Shown: positions 1 through 9,890, numbered from the stretch's first letter. The stretch: 32,000 nt of DNA from Acholeplasma laidlawii PG-8A (GCF_000018785.1 NC_010163.1:930001-962000); one strand, 5' to 3'. Notes: a model not told the origin generated them from the sequence alone. Translations and numbers: made by a program.

Positions 1-117
1 TACTTGAATCATATCTGGTTCATGTTTAAAATAAGGTAAATCTTTACTATCAGGCTTAAACACCATCCACATGAATATAAGTAAAAAGGCTATTGCCCAT
101 ATGACATTTTTCTTCAT
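1..117 (-). CDS. 5' part of a hypothetical membrane/secreted protein (runs off left edge)
   Basis: Reverse-complement reading from ATG at 117 gives MKKNVIWAIAFLLIFMWMVFKPDSKDLPYFKHEPDMIQV with a GGAGG Shine-Dalgarno just upstream; open to the window edge. Not in the supplied ORF track. Confidence 0.6.
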   Translation of the reverse strand, partial: MKKNVIWAIAFLLIFMWMVFKPDSKDLPYFKHEPDMIQV

Positions 118-162
118 AAAAAAACCTCCTTCAACTATATAGTATAGCTAATGGAGGTTTTT
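118..162 (-). terminator. Perfect 10-bp inverted repeat with T-run after rsfS, overlapping the RBS of the next gene
   Basis: Arms aaaaacctcc (120-129) and ggaggttttt (153-162), 23-nt loop; on the minus strand the 3' arm GGAGG is followed by T7 directly before ATG. Confidence 0.55.
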
Positions 163-180
163 GACTTTTATTTATATAGA

Positions 181-495
181 TTATATTTTCTTTTTTAATT
201 CCATGAAGCGTTTGTCAAATCCGTAAAATTCTCTATCTTTTTCACCAAACAAGTGAACTACGATATCTCCAAGGTCAATTAATAACCAACCTGTTTGTCC
301 TTTACCTTCTACTTGTTTAATACTTGATTTTAAAGTTTCGTTAAAATAACCGACTGCACTTTGGGATGCACGTTCATTGACTGTAGCGACTACAAAATAG
401 TCATAAAATGGACTCTTTTCTAAGAATTCATATACTGTAATGTCTTGTGCGTTAATTTTTTCTAATATTTCTATGGTTTGTTGTAATAGTTGCAA
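181..495 (-). CDS. rsfS: Ribosomal silencing factor RsfS (Iojap family)
   Basis: 104 aa; DYFVVATVNERASQSAV...GWLLIDLGDIVVHLF typical of RsfS; located next to yqeK-like gene. Confidence 0.92.
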   Translation of the reverse strand: MQLLQQTIEILEKINAQDITVYEFLEKSPFYDYFVVATVNERASQSAVGYFNETLKSSIKQVEGKGQTGWLLIDLGDIVVHLFGEKDREFYGFDKRFMELKKKI

Positions 496-498
496 AAT

Positions 499-1050
499 CT
501 ATTCTCCTATACTTTTTATTATTTCTAATATGTCTTTTTTATTTGTAACGTATCCTAATTCAGGATTTGTTACTAAATCATTTAAATATACTTTAATGGT
601 TTCATCTAAACTTTCAAGTGATAACTTCCTTAAAACGTGAACCAGTGGATAATCTCTTGTTGGTTCAATTTTATCAGCAATCAGTATAATTTTATCCAAT
701 ATTGTCATACCTACTCTACCATATACATGATATTTTATGGCATTTAAGATCATTTCATCTTGTACGTTGTAGGTATTTTTTAAAATTGCTGCTGCACTTA
801 GTGCATGATACATCACAGGTACATCTTTATAAGTTTTAATTTCATTTATGTCTAATACAGATGTTTGAGTACTTATGTCATCATACTTCGTGTAATCATG
901 AAAGATTGCTGCGATATAGGCTTGATTAGAATCAACCCCATACCTTAACGAAAGACTTACAGCAGTTTTTACAACACCTAGGATATGTTCATATCGTTTG
1001 GGATTGTCTTTATACTTTAGCCTGACATCTTCTGTTATTTTATCGATCAT
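499..1050 (-). CDS. yqeK: YqeK family HD-domain hydrolase (symmetrical Ap4A hydrolase-like)
   Basis: 183 aa; HVLGVVKTAVSL...AAIFHDYTKY HD motif; neighbours rsfS and yqeH. Confidence 0.88.
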   Translation of the reverse strand: MIDKITEDVRLKYKDNPKRYEHILGVVKTAVSLSLRYGVDSNQAYIAAIFHDYTKYDDISTQTSVLDINEIKTYKDVPVMYHALSAAAILKNTYNVQDEMILNAIKYHVYGRVGMTILDKIILIADKIEPTRDYPLVHVLRKLSLESLDETIKVYLNDLVTNPELGYVTNKKDILEIIKSIGE

Positions 1051-2075
1051 TTGAAGAAACTTTCTGCAAGTGTAATATGTAATTTTGGATGTGTTGATAT
1101 TTGGATAGTAACAGGTCCTAGGATATGAACAATTCCAAAATCTGCAAGTGTGAATTGATATTTTTTGTCTTCAACTAGTTTGTAATCTTTTGTCACATAA
1201 TTATCAAATTTAAGTTTAAAGATATTTTCAGTTTTTAAAATATTTTCTACATTATCTGAACTTGTTATATGGTGTTTCACATAATCAGATACATATAAGG
1301 TAGATTTTGTTTCACCTTTAAGAACACTAATATTTACTAAACCACCAATCATGAGTGATTGTCCGCTTTTAAGCGTACCATTTCTCGGATTAAACTGCTT
1401 TTGTGGAAGTAAATCTTTATAATCTTTATATTCAAAGAATTCATGTAGGTATCCACCTTGGTATAAACCAGGTGTATCATAGATATTTAAATTATCAAAT
1501 TTAGCATGTAACATGGTTTGAGTTAAAGCAGCCTTTGGTAAACTTAGTGCTTCTTTATTACCCGTTAATGCCTTAAATATAGTTGTTTTACCACTGTTTT
1601 GTAGGCCAATTAAATAGATATTCGGTACGTTAAATGATTTAAGGTATCCTTTTAAATGATCGATATCATATGGGTTTAGCGCACTCATTAAAACGATATC
1701 TTCATAACTCACTCTATTTAATCTAAAACTTTTTTGAATTTTTCCTAATAAAAAATTCTTAGAAGTTGCATCGGGTAATAGGTCAATCTGGTTAATTAAG
1801 TAGACAACCTTGTAGTTATCTCCTAGACGTTTAACCTCAGAGTTTAACATACTGTCTAAATAAAGTAGAGATGTGACTACAACAATTAAAGATTTCTTTT
1901 CAAAATTAGGCAAATTATCTGGATGACTATGACCTTCTGCTTTTCCATAATGCATCAGTTGGTAACAACTTTTACAAAAGATGTGGTCATGATTTGGAAT
2001 ATAACCTAATTTTGTTGGATCTTCAGTTTGTAGTACAACTCCACAACCTATACATTTAGTAGTGTTTGATGGCAT
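1047..2075 (-). CDS. yqeH: Circularly permuted ribosome-biogenesis GTPase YqeH
   Basis: 342 aa; N-terminal CxxC...CxxC zinc finger, G4 motif NQID before G1 GLQNSGKTT (permuted order). Confidence 0.93.
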   Translation of the reverse strand: MPSNTTKCIGCGVVLQTEDPTKLGYIPNHDHIFCKSCYQLMHYGKAEGHSHPDNLPNFEKKSLIVVVTSLLYLDSMLNSEVKRLGDNYKVVYLINQIDLLPDATSKNFLLGKIQKSFRLNRVSYEDIVLMSALNPYDIDHLKGYLKSFNVPNIYLIGLQNSGKTTIFKALTGNKEALSLPKAALTQTMLHAKFDNLNIYDTPGLYQGGYLHEFFEYKDYKDLLPQKQFNPRNGTLKSGQSLMIGGLVNISVLKGETKSTLYVSDYVKHHITSSDNVENILKTENIFKLKFDNYVTKDYKLVEDKKYQFTLADFGIVHILGPVTIQISTHPKLHITLAESFFK

Positions 2076-2604
2076 AAACGTTCAATCCTTTCCCAAATTC
2101 ATCTGGATATTTTCTCTCAATTTTCTTTAGAAAATACTTTTCTAGTTGTCTATTAATTCTTGTGGGTAATCTATCTGTTTTTTTAGCAATCGGATCCACT
2201 AGGATATTATACATACCTAGACGATTAGCACCGTGAATATCCGTTAGGAGTTGATCACCTATCATGGCTGTTTCACTCACTTTTGAACCTAACATTTTTA
2301 AGGCTTTTTTGAAACCCATTTTAAGTGGTTTTTTAGCAAAAGAAACATATTTAAATTGATGTCCTACTGCAAAACTTACGCGTTTATTATGAGAGTTAGA
2401 GATAATTAGTACTTTAAATTCTTTTTCTAAACGTGCTAGGAATTCTATCGATTCGCTTGTTAGTTTGGTTTGATTGTAATCAATAATTGTATTATCTAAG
2501 TCAAAAAACAGAGTCGTTATCCCCTGCTTTTTAAGCATGTCATAATCAATTGTTGCTATAGATTCCTGATATAGGCTAGGAATTAAATTTCTTGCTTTAA
2601 TCAT
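2056..2604 (-). CDS. yqeG: YqeG family HAD phosphatase
   Basis: 182 aa; FFDLDNTIIDY, MIGDQLLTDIHGANRLG; overlaps yqeH start. Confidence 0.92.
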   Translation of the reverse strand: MIKARNLIPSLYQESIATIDYDMLKKQGITTLFFDLDNTIIDYNQTKLTSESIEFLARLEKEFKVLIISNSHNKRVSFAVGHQFKYVSFAKKPLKMGFKKALKMLGSKVSETAMIGDQLLTDIHGANRLGMYNILVDPIAKKTDRLPTRINRQLEKYFLKKIERKYPDEFGKGLNVYAIKHY

Positions 2605-3080
2605 TAACTAATTGCTTTAATCTCTACGTTTGATTGTTTATTTGTTGCAGATTTGATTTGTACTAAATCTCCAACTTCTTTACCCTTGATAGCACGTCCT
2701 AATGGAGATTCGATAGAAATCTTGAAATTCTTAGGGTCTGCTTCAATGGTTCCAACAACATGGTACTCAACATCTTTGTTCTTTTCTACAAAGTGAAGTA
2801 ATACTTTTTTACCAATATTTACAGTTGTTGAATCATCATTAGTTCTAATTATTTTTACATTTTTTAAGATGCTTTCAATTTCAAGAATTCGTGCTTCAAT
2901 TCTAGCTTGTTCATTACGAGCTGCATCATAGTCAGCATTTTCTGATAAGTCACCTTGTTCACGAGCTTCTTTTAAAGCCTCTAAGTTTTCAACACGTTTA
3001 ACATCTTTTAAATGTGTTAATTCATCTTTTAGTTGATCTAAACCCGATTGGGTAAGTTCATATACTTTTTTACTTGCCAT
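2604..3080 (-). CDS. greA: Transcription elongation factor GreA
   Basis: 158 aa; LTQSGLDQLKDELTHL...LSENADYDAARNEQ and C-terminal ESPLGRAIKGKEVGD. Confidence 0.95.
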   Translation of the reverse strand: MASKKVYELTQSGLDQLKDELTHLKDVKRVENLEALKEAREQGDLSENADYDAARNEQARIEARILEIESILKNVKIIRTNDDSTTVNIGKKVLLHFVEKNKDVEYHVVGTIEADPKNFKISIESPLGRAIKGKEVGDLVQIKSATNKQSNVEIKAIS

Positions 3081-3131
3081 TTAATGTATATCTCCTTAAT
3101 TTCTTGTTATATTATATCATAAATTGACTAT

Positions 3132-3752
3132 CTAAAATGTAATAACATATTTTCTTAAATCCTTTTGAACAACTTTATGGGTTTCCATTAGTACATCAAG
3201 CAATTTATAAAACGCACTTGAGTGATTAGCTTCTATTAAATGACAGTACTCATGTAAGAGTACATAATATAAATAGATAGGATCTAGTTTCGCTAAAAAT
3301 GCATTAATTGTTATTTCTTTTCTTACAATTTGGCATGAACCAAATTTTGATTTTAATAACTTAACCTTGGTAGATTTAAGTGTTAAATTCAGTTTAGATA
3401 GGTCGTTTATTAGTTGTGATTCAAATATTTCTATTTGACTAACTGTTTTGTCAATCAGTATTTTTTCATAGTTTTTTTGGGTGTTTTCTAACCCATCAAA
3501 GAATTCAGCTTCACTGAGTTTAGTACCCCATAACTGAAACTTTTCAGTTGTCTGGCGTCTTTTCTTCGTTTGAAAACTCACTAATTTATGAAAATGACTG
3601 TCTAATATACTTAGTACTTGTTTTTTATTCATCCTGCGATTGGCTGATATCAAAAAATAATCATCTTTTTTTCTAAAATATACATGCTTAATCGTTTTAA
3701 AAACAATCTTATATTGAATTGTTTGATTATTTTTAGTATATTGTTCAATCAT
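3132..3752 (-). CDS. YgjP/DUF45-like zinc metallopeptidase domain protein
   Basis: 206 aa; LLHEYCHLIEANHSSAFYKLLD (HExxH) at the C-terminus. Confidence 0.75.
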   Translation of the reverse strand: MIEQYTKNNQTIQYKIVFKTIKHVYFRKKDDYFLISANRRMNKKQVLSILDSHFHKLVSFQTKKRRQTTEKFQLWGTKLSEAEFFDGLENTQKNYEKILIDKTVSQIEIFESQLINDLSKLNLTLKSTKVKLLKSKFGSCQIVRKEITINAFLAKLDPIYLYYVLLHEYCHLIEANHSSAFYKLLDVLMETHKVVQKDLRKYVITF

Positions 3753-4321
3753 TATTTCAATTTGGACACTGTAAGCCCATCTCCGATATCTAAAAATGTT
3801 GTTTCAAAAGTATCATTTTCTCTTAAAAATGTTTTAAATTTTTCTAACTTTTTAAGTAACCCTTTTGTACTTCGATTTTTAACTGTTTCAATTTTTAAAT
3901 TATGAAAGTTAATATTATCACAGATAATACTACCGCCTGGATTTAATAATGCACTATACTTTTTAAATAGTGTTTCATATTGAGATTTAGCTGCATCTAT
4001 AAAGATGAGATCATATGTTGAATCTAATCCATCAAATGTTAATGCATCTTCTGCATAGAGTGTGACATTGGCATCCAGTAGACTAATCCATTCAAGTGCT
4101 TCTTCATAACGAACTGCATCTCTTTCGATGGTATCTACATGTGTAGTCTCACTTGAGAAAGAAACTGCACTATATCCATAGGCAGTTCCAATTTCTAATA
4201 TAGATGTGATGTTGTTATTTTGAATATAGTTTTTGATAAAGTTTAATGCATCATCTTGAATAATTGGAATATTTTTTGACAGTGCATAGGACTTTAAATC
4301 ACTAATCTTCCAGTTCTTCAT
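3752..4321 (-). CDS. O-methyltransferase (SAM-dependent, class I)
   Basis: 189 aa; ILEIGTAYGYSAVSFS, YDLIFIDAAKSQY, DNI motifs. Confidence 0.85.
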   Translation of the reverse strand: MKNWKISDLKSYALSKNIPIIQDDALNFIKNYIQNNNITSILEIGTAYGYSAVSFSSETTHVDTIERDAVRYEEALEWISLLDANVTLYAEDALTFDGLDSTYDLIFIDAAKSQYETLFKKYSALLNPGGSIICDNINFHNLKIETVKNRSTKGLLKKLEKFKTFLRENDTFETTFLDIGDGLTVSKLK

Positions 4322-4568
4322 CTTCTAAATCTTTTTCATATTGGTTAAACACGTTTTCAACTAAATCCCATTCAGCTTCGGTTTCAATATCCATTAATTG
4401 ACCAATGCCTTCACCTTGTGTTGGTTCAAAACGAGCAGCTGAAACTTCTTCAGTTTCATCAAACTCAAATACTACGTAGTTTTTACCTTCTTCTTCGAAA
4501 GTAAATAAAATCGTTGCTTTTTCTTCTTTGTCACCAGTAATGATGATTAATTCGTTATCTTTTTTCAT
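4302..4568 (-). CDS. DUF1292 family protein
   Basis: 88 aa acidic protein, EEGKNYVVFEFDETEE; position just downstream of the yqgF/ruvX gene as in Firmicutes (yrzB-like). Confidence 0.7.
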   Translation of the reverse strand: MKKDNELIIITGDKEEKATILFTFEEEGKNYVVFEFDETEEVSAARFEPTQGEGIGQLMDIETEAEWDLVENVFNQYEKDLEDEELED

Positions 4569-4987
4569 AATGTATTCCCCCTGGAATTTAAGTAGTTTTG
4601 TAAGATCACTTGTGCTGCGACCTCGTCTTTTAAGTTACGTTGCTTATCATACTTCTTATTACTATCTGATAAGATTCTTAATGCTGTTTTTGTGGATAGA
4701 CGTTCATCCCATAAGATGACTTGAACGTTACTTTTTGATGCTAATAATGTTTTAAAATCAATCGCCATTTGACCTTTTAAACCAATATCATTGTTCATGT
4801 GTTTAGGTAAACCTAATACAACACAGTCAATTTTATATTGATTAAGAAGTTTAAGAAGTTGTTCGACAGCATCTTCATAATCTTCGCTTTTAAATCGAAT
4901 AGTGGTTAAATTACTTGCGATAATACCTGATTCAGATATCGCTACGCCAAGTGATTTTTCACCTAAGTCGAGTCCGAAATATTTCAA
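4565..4987 (-). CDS. ruvX: Putative pre-16S rRNA nuclease / Holliday junction resolvase YqgF (RuvX)
   Basis: 140 aa; YFGLDLGEKSLGVAIS, GLPKHMNNDIG, LWDERLSTKTA. Confidence 0.92.
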   Translation of the reverse strand: MKYFGLDLGEKSLGVAISESGIIASNLTTIRFKSEDYEDAVEQLLKLLNQYKIDCVVLGLPKHMNNDIGLKGQMAIDFKTLLASKSNVQVILWDERLSTKTALRILSDSNKKYDKQRNLKDEVAAQVILQNYLNSRGNTL

Positions 4988-4988
4988 A

Positions 4989-7553
4989 TTAATTTTTACC
5001 TTTCAAAAACATTTGTACCTTGTCTAGTGCCTGTGTACCACCTTGAGCAAAATCAGGTTTACCACCACCACGACCATCAAGTACTTTGTTTAACTCATTA
5101 ATGACGTTTCTTGCTTCATTTACTGATGATTTTACTAAGTAACTTGCCTTGTCTTCAGAGATGTTTAATAAGACAACAGTATCTGCCTTTATTTTATCAT
5201 ATAAGACATCAATGAGTGGTTTTAATGATGACTGTGGTAAGTTATCACTATAAATATAGGTAGTTGGTTCAATTGTTTTAGGTATAAATGTATCTGCTTG
5301 TAAAATAATTTGATCAATTAATTTAGCTTCAAGTTGTTTTTCAACAACTTTAGATTCATTTGAAATATATTGATTATAAAGTCTTAGATTGATGATATCT
5401 TGATAAGATCCAGTTAATTCTGGTAATGGTTTTAAATTATGATTTTCATCAAGCGATTTAATTTTTTCAATATGTTGATGAATCATATCAAGTAAATTTT
5501 GAACTATTTTTTTAACTTGTGATAATACTTGACCAGTAATAGCTTCAAATCTATAAGTACCTGAACCAATAGATTCTACAGAAGTAATCATAAAGTTTTT
5601 GATGTCTGATGTGTTTTTAACATGTGTACCACCACAAAACTCCATACTCCAAGATCCTACATCAACTACTCTAACAATATCACCATATTTTTCACCAAAT
5701 TGCATCGCTGCACCTAATTTTTTAGCTTCATCAATTGGTAAGACGTGTGTTACTACATCAATTTGTTCTTTTATTTTTTGTTGAACGATTTTCTCTACTG
5801 TTAAAATTTCTTCATCTTTGATAGTTTCATAATGGTTAATATCAAACGTTAGTTTTAAATCACCATTATAAGAACCTTGTTGTTTCACGTGACTTCCTAA
5901 CGTATCTTTTAAGGCTTGATTAAGTAAGTGTGTCGCTGTATGATTTTTCATTGTGTGATGGCGTTTGTCCTGATTGACAATACATAATACTTCATCACCT
6001 TCAGTAAATGCATCTGTTTCAATTAAGTGTAGATGTTGACCATGTGGTAATTTAATGACATCTCTAACAACTAGACCATTAATTGATCCTGTGTCTGATA
6101 TTTGACCACCACTATTTGCATAAAATGGTGTTTTATCTAATACGATACCTTGATCAAATACTTTGATGACTTTACTTTCTGTTTGAAGGTAGTCATAACC
6201 TACAAATTCACTAGGTACATCAAAGTTTAATAAAGCCTCATCTTGACCCTTCATAGAGTGTGTTACTTTTCTAGCATCTCTACTTCTTGATTTTTGAACT
6301 TCAAGTGCTTCATTAAATCCTTTAATATCTACAGTGATACCATGTTCTTCTGCATATTCAATTGTTAATTCTATTGGGAAGCCATAAGTATCATAAAGTT
6401 TAAATGCATCCTCACCACTTAACTTACCATCTTTAATGGATTGAAGTAAGTGTTTTTCACCATCTAGGATGGTTGAAAAGAATTTTTCTTCTTCTTTTAA
6501 AATAATTTTCTTAACAATGACTGCAGTTTCTATTAAGTTTGTGTAGAAGTTTGACATCATATCAACGACTGTATCTACAAGTAAATGTAAGAATGGTGCA
6601 TCAAAACCAATAGATTTACCATACTTCACCGCACGGCGTAGGATACGACGTAATACATAACCTCTACCTTCGTTTGAAAGGTTCGCACCATCAGAGATTG
6701 CAAATACTAACGTTTTAATGTGGTCAGAGATCACTTTGAATGCCATTTGTCCATCGTATTTTACACCACTTAAAGACTCTACTTTAAGAATCACTGGATA
6801 GTGTAGGTCTGTTTCAAAGTTTGTCTTAGTACCTTGTAGTACACAAGCAAATCTTTCTAAACCAGCACCGGTATCAATATTCTTATTTGGTAGTTCTTTA
6901 TATTCAGATCTCTTGAGTTTAGGATCTGCATTATATTGTGAGAAAACAATATTCCAAATTTCAATAAACCGCTCATTTTCAATATCATCACGAATAAGTT
7001 CAGGACCTCTTAAATCATAAGATGTGCCTCTATCAAAAAAGATTTCAGTATCCGGACCCGATGGACCAGCTCCAATTTCCCAGAAGTTACCTTCAACAGG
7101 GATTAAATGATCTTCTTTGACACCTAACTTTAACCAAGTATTTTTAGCTTCCACATCGGTTGGATAATATGTCATATAAAGTTTATCTAATGGTATATCA
7201 AAGTATTTTGGACTTGTTAAAAGTTCGAATCCAAATTCAATTGCTTCTTTTTTAAAGTAATCACCAATACTAAAATTCCCCATCATCTCAAAAAATGTAT
7301 GGTGTCTTGCAGTTTTTCCAACATTATCAATATCATTTGTTCTAATACTTTTTTGGATGTTTGTAATACGTTTTGATTTCGGTGTTTCTGTACCATCAAA
7401 ATATTTCTTTAATGGAGCTACACCCGCATTAATCCATAAAAGTGTAGGGTCATCTACAGGAATTAATGATGCAGAGGGTTCAATAATATGCCCCTTATCT
7501 TTAAAAAAGTTTAACCAAGTTTGTCTGATTTGTTCACTTGTCATATATTTCAT
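4989..7553 (-). CDS. alaS: Alanyl-tRNA synthetase
   Basis: 854 aa; MTSEQIRQTWLNFFKDKGH, FFEMMGNFSIGDYFKKEAI, NHTATHLLNQAL, EFCGGTHV. Confidence 0.98.
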   Translation of the reverse strand: MKYMTSEQIRQTWLNFFKDKGHIIEPSASLIPVDDPTLLWINAGVAPLKKYFDGTETPKSKRITNIQKSIRTNDIDNVGKTARHHTFFEMMGNFSIGDYFKKEAIEFGFELLTSPKYFDIPLDKLYMTYYPTDVEAKNTWLKLGVKEDHLIPVEGNFWEIGAGPSGPDTEIFFDRGTSYDLRGPELIRDDIENERFIEIWNIVFSQYNADPKLKRSEYKELPNKNIDTGAGLERFACVLQGTKTNFETDLHYPVILKVESLSGVKYDGQMAFKVISDHIKTLVFAISDGANLSNEGRGYVLRRILRRAVKYGKSIGFDAPFLHLLVDTVVDMMSNFYTNLIETAVIVKKIILKEEEKFFSTILDGEKHLLQSIKDGKLSGEDAFKLYDTYGFPIELTIEYAEEHGITVDIKGFNEALEVQKSRSRDARKVTHSMKGQDEALLNFDVPSEFVGYDYLQTESKVIKVFDQGIVLDKTPFYANSGGQISDTGSINGLVVRDVIKLPHGQHLHLIETDAFTEGDEVLCIVNQDKRHHTMKNHTATHLLNQALKDTLGSHVKQQGSYNGDLKLTFDINHYETIKDEEILTVEKIVQQKIKEQIDVVTHVLPIDEAKKLGAAMQFGEKYGDIVRVVDVGSWSMEFCGGTHVKNTSDIKNFMITSVESIGSGTYRFEAITGQVLSQVKKIVQNLLDMIHQHIEKIKSLDENHNLKPLPELTGSYQDIINLRLYNQYISNESKVVEKQLEAKLIDQIILQADTFIPKTIEPTTYIYSDNLPQSSLKPLIDVLYDKIKADTVVLLNISEDKASYLVKSSVNEARNVINELNKVLDGRGGGKPDFAQGGTQALDKVQMFLKGKN

Positions 7554-7569
7554 AGTTCTATTTTTCCTT

Positions 7570-7803
7570 TCAAAAAATAATAAAGTCCTTAAAAGATATA
7601 AAATCTTCTAAGGACGAAAAATTCGCGGTACCACCTTAGTTCACATTATCATGTGCACTCATGTTTAAATCCGTTATAGCCGGAAATACTTTTGCTCCTA
7701 AGACAGCTTTCATCAAACCTAATTATCACCTTTCACCATCCAGTGATTCTCTTCTACAATTAGTACTTAATTACTCATCTTAATCATTGCATATTCATTG
7801 TAT
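7570..7803 (-). promoter_or_regulatory. T-box leader controlling alaS
   Basis: Minus strand reads AAGGTGGTACCGCG (complement of 7624-7637), followed by a terminator stem (7585-7615) with T-rich tail; stem-I-like GGATGGTGAAAGGTGAT upstream; a GCT triplet at 7705-7707 is a plausible Ala specifier. Confidence 0.93.
7585..7615 (-). terminator. T-box terminator hairpin
   Basis: gtccttaaaagat / atcttctaaggac inverted repeat with T-rich tract downstream on the minus strand. Confidence 0.85.
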
Positions 7804-7825
7804 CAAATAATGATTCATTTGACTA
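7797..7825 (-). promoter_or_regulatory. Putative sigma-A-like promoter of the alaS transcript
   Basis: Minus strand TAGTCA -17 nt- TACAAT directly upstream of the T-box leader. Confidence 0.5.
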
Positions 7826-7827
7826 TA

Positions 7828-9096
7828 CTATAATTCATTATTTTCTGAATCATGTGAAATTTGTTCTTCTTTTTCAATCGTAATTTGAACTAAATCGATA
7901 CGTTTACCGTCCATTTTAACAATTTCAAAGGTATATGGCTTAACTTCATAGGTTTTACCCTCAACAGGTAGTGTGCCTAATTTTTCTACAACCCAACCAT
8001 TGACTGTAAGCACATTTGGTTCTTCTTTAGAACCTATAATTTCTAAGAAATCTTCAATACTACTATTACCTAAAACGAGGTATTGATTATCATTCATCTT
8101 CTTAACTGCTTCAATGATATCATCATGTTCATCCCAAATATCACCAACAAGTTCTTCTAGTATATCTTCTAGTGTTAGAATTCCTGCTGTTCCGCCGTAG
8201 TCATCAATGACTACAGCCATATGAGATTTAGACTGTTGAAGTTCTAATAATAGATCTTTTACTTTTTTAGTTTTGGGTATAAATAAAACATCTTTAATAA
8301 TTTCTTTAATATCAAAACCTTCTGTTAAAACCATAAAGAAATCTTTATAGTTCATAACACCTATGATATGGTCAATATTTTCTTCATATACAGGTATTCT
8401 TGAATATCCTGATTCTTTAAAGACTTTAAAAATATCTTCATGCCTTGCAGCTGTTGAAACAGCTACAACATCAATTCTCGGTGTATAAATATCCACTGCT
8501 TCTAAGTCAGCAAACTCAATTGCACTACGTATTAATGTACCACTTGATTCATCAATAGCGCCTGATTCTTGTACCTCATCAACAATCATGATGAGTTCAT
8601 CTTCACTTAAGTGAGCTTTACTGTTTGGTTTAACAATATAAGATAGTACTTTCTTCCATACCTTGAAGAAAAAATTAACTGGAAGTAATACAAACTCAAG
8701 TGCATTTACAATTGGTGCAGCAAACATTGCAAATTTATTTGGATATTCTTTAGCAATACTCTTTGGAGTAACTTCACCAAATATTAAGATGATTATTGTA
8801 AATACAAGTGTTGATAGTGTTGCACCTAAATCATTACCAAATGACTTAACAAATAATAGGGTTGCAAGTGATGCCCCTAAAATATTGGCAATATTATTAC
8901 CAATCAAAATCGTTGATAAAAATACATCATAATTACTGTTTAGTTTGATTACTAGTTTTGCTCTTTTATTTCCATTTTCCGCTAAATTCTTCATACGAAG
9001 GTGATGATAGGTAGCAAAAGCTACTTCAGTTGCTGAGAAAAATGCAGATATAATGATTGTTACTATGATTAATATGTACATCGTGCCATCATTCAT
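7828..9096 (-). CDS. CNNM/HlyC-CorC family membrane protein with CBS domains
   Basis: 422 aa; DUF21-like N-terminus (SAFFSATEVAFATY), EESGAIDESSGTLI, TPRIDVVAV, VIDDYGGTAGILTLEDILEELVGDIWDEHD. Confidence 0.93.
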   Translation of the reverse strand: MNDGTMYILIIVTIIISAFFSATEVAFATYHHLRMKNLAENGNKRAKLVIKLNSNYDVFLSTILIGNNIANILGASLATLLFVKSFGNDLGATLSTLVFTIIILIFGEVTPKSIAKEYPNKFAMFAAPIVNALEFVLLPVNFFFKVWKKVLSYIVKPNSKAHLSEDELIMIVDEVQESGAIDESSGTLIRSAIEFADLEAVDIYTPRIDVVAVSTAARHEDIFKVFKESGYSRIPVYEENIDHIIGVMNYKDFFMVLTEGFDIKEIIKDVLFIPKTKKVKDLLLELQQSKSHMAVVIDDYGGTAGILTLEDILEELVGDIWDEHDDIIEAVKKMNDNQYLVLGNSSIEDFLEIIGSKEEPNVLTVNGWVVEKLGTLPVEGKTYEVKPYTFEIVKMDGKRIDLVQITIEKEEQISHDSENNEL

Positions 9097-9163
9097 TTTT
9101 TATAAATACGCTCCTATTAAGTACTAATTTTATATGTTTAAACATGGATTTGTAATATCCATG

Positions 9164-9799
9164 TTATTTTCCTATTGTATTAAATATATGTAATGCTTTT
9201 TTATATAATTCATCTTCATCATCAATTATGGCTCTTAGTTTAGACAACTGCGTTTCATTTTGCTCTGTCTTAAGCCAAAGTTTTAGGTAACCACCATGAC
9301 CATACTTATCTATAAGATGTGCTTTTACACCCTCATAAATTGTATCAAAATCTTCATTTCTTGAACCATTTAGTCTAAATTGAATGGTTCTTAATATGAT
9401 TTGGTCTGGATCAATTAATCTATCTGCTTCACTAATTATTTTACCATAAATGGTTCTTGGTGCGTGATCATTAGATGCTCTATGATCTTCTATGGCTTGT
9501 TTCATAACTAAAATTTCATCCTTGGTAAAGTAGTTTTGGATGAACGCATCGTCTTCTAATGTTTTGCCACCATCTATATGATGAGTTTTTCTATTCACAA
9601 GTAATCCGATATCATGATATACTGCAACAACATAAACCATCTCAATATTCACATCGTAATCTTTTGCTATCATAAGTGATTTTTCTATAACATCAAAGAC
9701 ATGATTTGGATGATGTGCCAAATCAAGCTGCTGATATTTAGGTATAATATTCGTCTCACAATATTTAATTAGTAACGGGTCTATATTTTGAAGCATCAT
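9164..9799 (-). CDS. HD-domain hydrolase
   Basis: 211 aa; HHPNHVFDVIEKS...AVYHDIGL, DADRLID pattern of HD phosphohydrolases. Confidence 0.75.
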   Translation of the reverse strand: MMLQNIDPLLIKYCETNIIPKYQQLDLAHHPNHVFDVIEKSLMIAKDYDVNIEMVYVVAVYHDIGLLVNRKTHHIDGGKTLEDDAFIQNYFTKDEILVMKQAIEDHRASNDHAPRTIYGKIISEADRLIDPDQIILRTIQFRLNGSRNEDFDTIYEGVKAHLIDKYGHGGYLKLWLKTEQNETQLSKLRAIIDDEDELYKKALHIFNTIGK

Positions 9800-9868
9800 T
9801 TTAATATCTTGTCCCTTGATTAGATTAAAGATATTGTATCATTTTTATTGCTAAATAGAAATAAAAAA

Positions 9869-9890
9869 GGCTATATTATGTATATAACCT
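9869..9890 (-). terminator. Rho-independent terminator of the GGDEF gene
   Basis: Minus strand AGGTTATATACATAATATAGCCTTTTTT. Confidence 0.6.

Noticed and set aside
440-640. Small + strand ORFs at 440-640, 3684-3905, 4528-4719, 5599-5784, 7357-7611, 8663-8932 and 17822-18049
   Set aside because: All mostly or fully antisense to recognisable or intact genes (the 7357 ORF also runs toward the T-box region); no RBS or family match.
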